Virus record (IMG/VR): IMGVR_UViG_2579779052_000010
Direction: 5' to 3' (one strand)
Length of the DNA: 9,116 bases
DNA from: a virus
Lineage: Duplodnaviria > Heunggongvirae > Uroviricota > Caudoviricetes
Part shown: positions 8,114-9,116 of the stretch, one piece after another
How the letters are laid out: every line of letters starts with the position of its first letter
Position numbering within the stretch: position 1 is the stretch's first letter
Notes under the pieces: model-generated
Databases searched by the model: none
The model's input: the letters and a program-made list of their open reading frames with translations, nothing else
What the model was told of the DNA's origin: nothing
Made by a program: the position numbers and the translations under genes

Positions 8114-8671
8114 TCAGCCTGGCTGGCTGGCGGGAAATTTCTTATACAGCGTGGAAATACCCACATCAAAAAGCAGCGCCACGCGCTGACGTGTTTCACC
8201 TGCAGCCAGTAACCGCCCGGCCTGCGCCCATTGTTCCTGTGACAACTTTGGACGGCGCCCGCCGATTCTCCCCTGCGCCCTTGCTGCTGCCAATCCCGCA
8301 CGGGTTCTTTCCACAATCAGTTCACGCTCCATTTCAGCCAGGGCGCCCATAATGTGGAAGAAAAAGCGCCCCATGGGTGTCGAGGTATCAATGCTGTCCG
8401 TCAGACTGCGGAAATTAACAGCCCGCTGCCGCAGTTCCTCCACGAGAATCACCAGATGCCGCATACTGCGCCCAAGTCGATCAAGCTTCCAGACAACCAG
8501 CGTATCTCCTGGCGACAGGGTTTTAAGCAGCTTTTTTAATCCGGGGCGGTCCGATGTTTTACCGCTCATTTTATCCTCAAATATCAGCTCACATCCTGAC
8601 CGTTCCAGCGCATCACGCTGCAGTGCAGTATTTTGTTCATTTGTTGATACACGTATATAGCCTACTAACAT
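8114..8671 (-). CDS. Serine recombinase, DNA invertase family (Hin/Gin/Cin/Pin-like), 185 aa
   Basis: N-terminus MLVGYIRVSTNEQNTALQRDAL with catalytic-serine context (RVST), typical small-resolvase/invertase length and a C-terminal HTH-like segment (GETRQRVALLFDVGISTLYK). RBS GGGAGG 4 nt before ATG at 8671-8669. Confidence 0.92.
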   Translation of the reverse strand: MLVGYIRVSTNEQNTALQRDALERSGCELIFEDKMSGKTSDRPGLKKLLKTLSPGDTLVVWKLDRLGRSMRHLVILVEELRQRAVNFRSLTDSIDTSTPMGRFFFHIMGALAEMERELIVERTRAGLAAARAQGRIGGRRPKLSQEQWAQAGRLLAAGETRQRVALLFDVGISTLYKKFPASQPG

Positions 8672-8723
8672 GCTGCCTCCCTGATAAAAGGCAGCATTGT
8701 GCTACTCAACGATAGATTTTTGA

Positions 8724-9116
8724 TCAAAGGCTAAAAATTTCGTTAATCCAAGCGGAGGTTTCAGGAGAGCGTACAAATGGGCCATGAACACTCGCGTAAC
8801 ACCCCTTTGATGCCACATCCCGCTCAAGGTTAATACCGATCCAATCAACCGAGCAGATTACTCTTTCATCATCTTCGACAACACCTTTTACGATTCCTAT
8901 ATGCTTAATCGCAATCATAGGGTTGCCACGGCCTTTCATCCTTTTTATGGCGATTCGATCTCCAGGCCTGATTTCTTTTGCCGCTTCGAATTGAACTTTG
9001 TCTTCATCAATTCCCCATCCCAAAACCCAGATGTGGTTTTTAACGAACTTCTCATCCTGGTGGTCAACACCATTCCAAGACGCGCCAACTAACCAATAAC
9101 GCTGCTGATTATCCAT
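8724..9116 (-). CDS. Hypothetical protein, 130 aa, AT-rich cargo gene; loosely beta-barrel (PUA/EVE-like) pattern, unverified
   Basis: Intact ORF with ATG exactly at the window edge and stop TGA at 8726-8724. Visibly AT-richer than the tail genes. No similarity to P2 structural or tail-fibre assembly proteins that I can recognise. YWLVGASW...GDRIAIK...IGIVKG is only loosely reminiscent of PUA-like folds. Confidence 0.6.
   Translation of the reverse strand: MDNQQRYWLVGASWNGVDHQDEKFVKNHIWVLGWGIDEDKVQFEAAKEIRPGDRIAIKRMKGRGNPMIAIKHIGIVKGVVEDDERVICSVDWIGINLERDVASKGCYASVHGPFVRSPETSAWINEIFSL

Larger units (their letters stand above)
1061..9116. mobile_element. P2-like (Peduovirus-type) prophage, right/late end: ogr, D, U, T, E/E', FII, FI, invertase, cargo gene; continues beyond window
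   Basis: Colinear P2 FETUD-ogr gene order and protein similarities on the minus strand, immediately downstream of ssrA, a known integration hotspot. The exact att boundary within 1040-1176 cannot be fixed without the other prophage end. Confidence 0.85.

Noticed and set aside
8701-8747. Possible gix/hix-like 26-bp crossover site next to the invertase start
   Set aside because: Only one 12-bp half-site (GATTTTTGATCA, 8715-8726) resembles the Din-family consensus; the partner half-site on either side matches poorly, so no convincing full site.
1-9116. CRISPR arrays, IS elements or additional tRNA genes
   Set aside because: No regularly spaced direct repeats, no transposase-like ORF or terminal inverted repeats, and no cloverleaf-sized tRNA candidates were seen apart from the tRNA-like domain of tmRNA.

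Overview
This window is the smpB–ssrA (tmRNA) locus of an Escherichia-like enterobacterium, followed by the late/tail end of a P2-like prophage inserted immediately downstream of ssrA. On the + strand are smpB (1-483) and the 363-nt tmRNA (698-1060) with its ANDENYALAA tag frame. Everything after that is on the - strand and in P2 order: ogr, D, U, T (tape measure), E with a -1 frameshift extension E', FII (tube), FI (sheath), then a Hin/Gin/Pin-family serine invertase and a visibly AT-richer 130-aa gene of unknown function at the right edge. The strongest candidate for something undescribed is that AT-rich cargo gene, which sits with the invertase in the slot between the tail-fibre module and FI where P2-like phages carry accessory and anti-phage cargo. 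Its function cannot be assigned from sequence, and any partner genes lie beyond position 9116. All family assignments are from reading the translations and from recalled homologues; no database search was run. Plus-strand ORFs from 1100 onward are treated as antisense shadows of the GC-rich tail genes.
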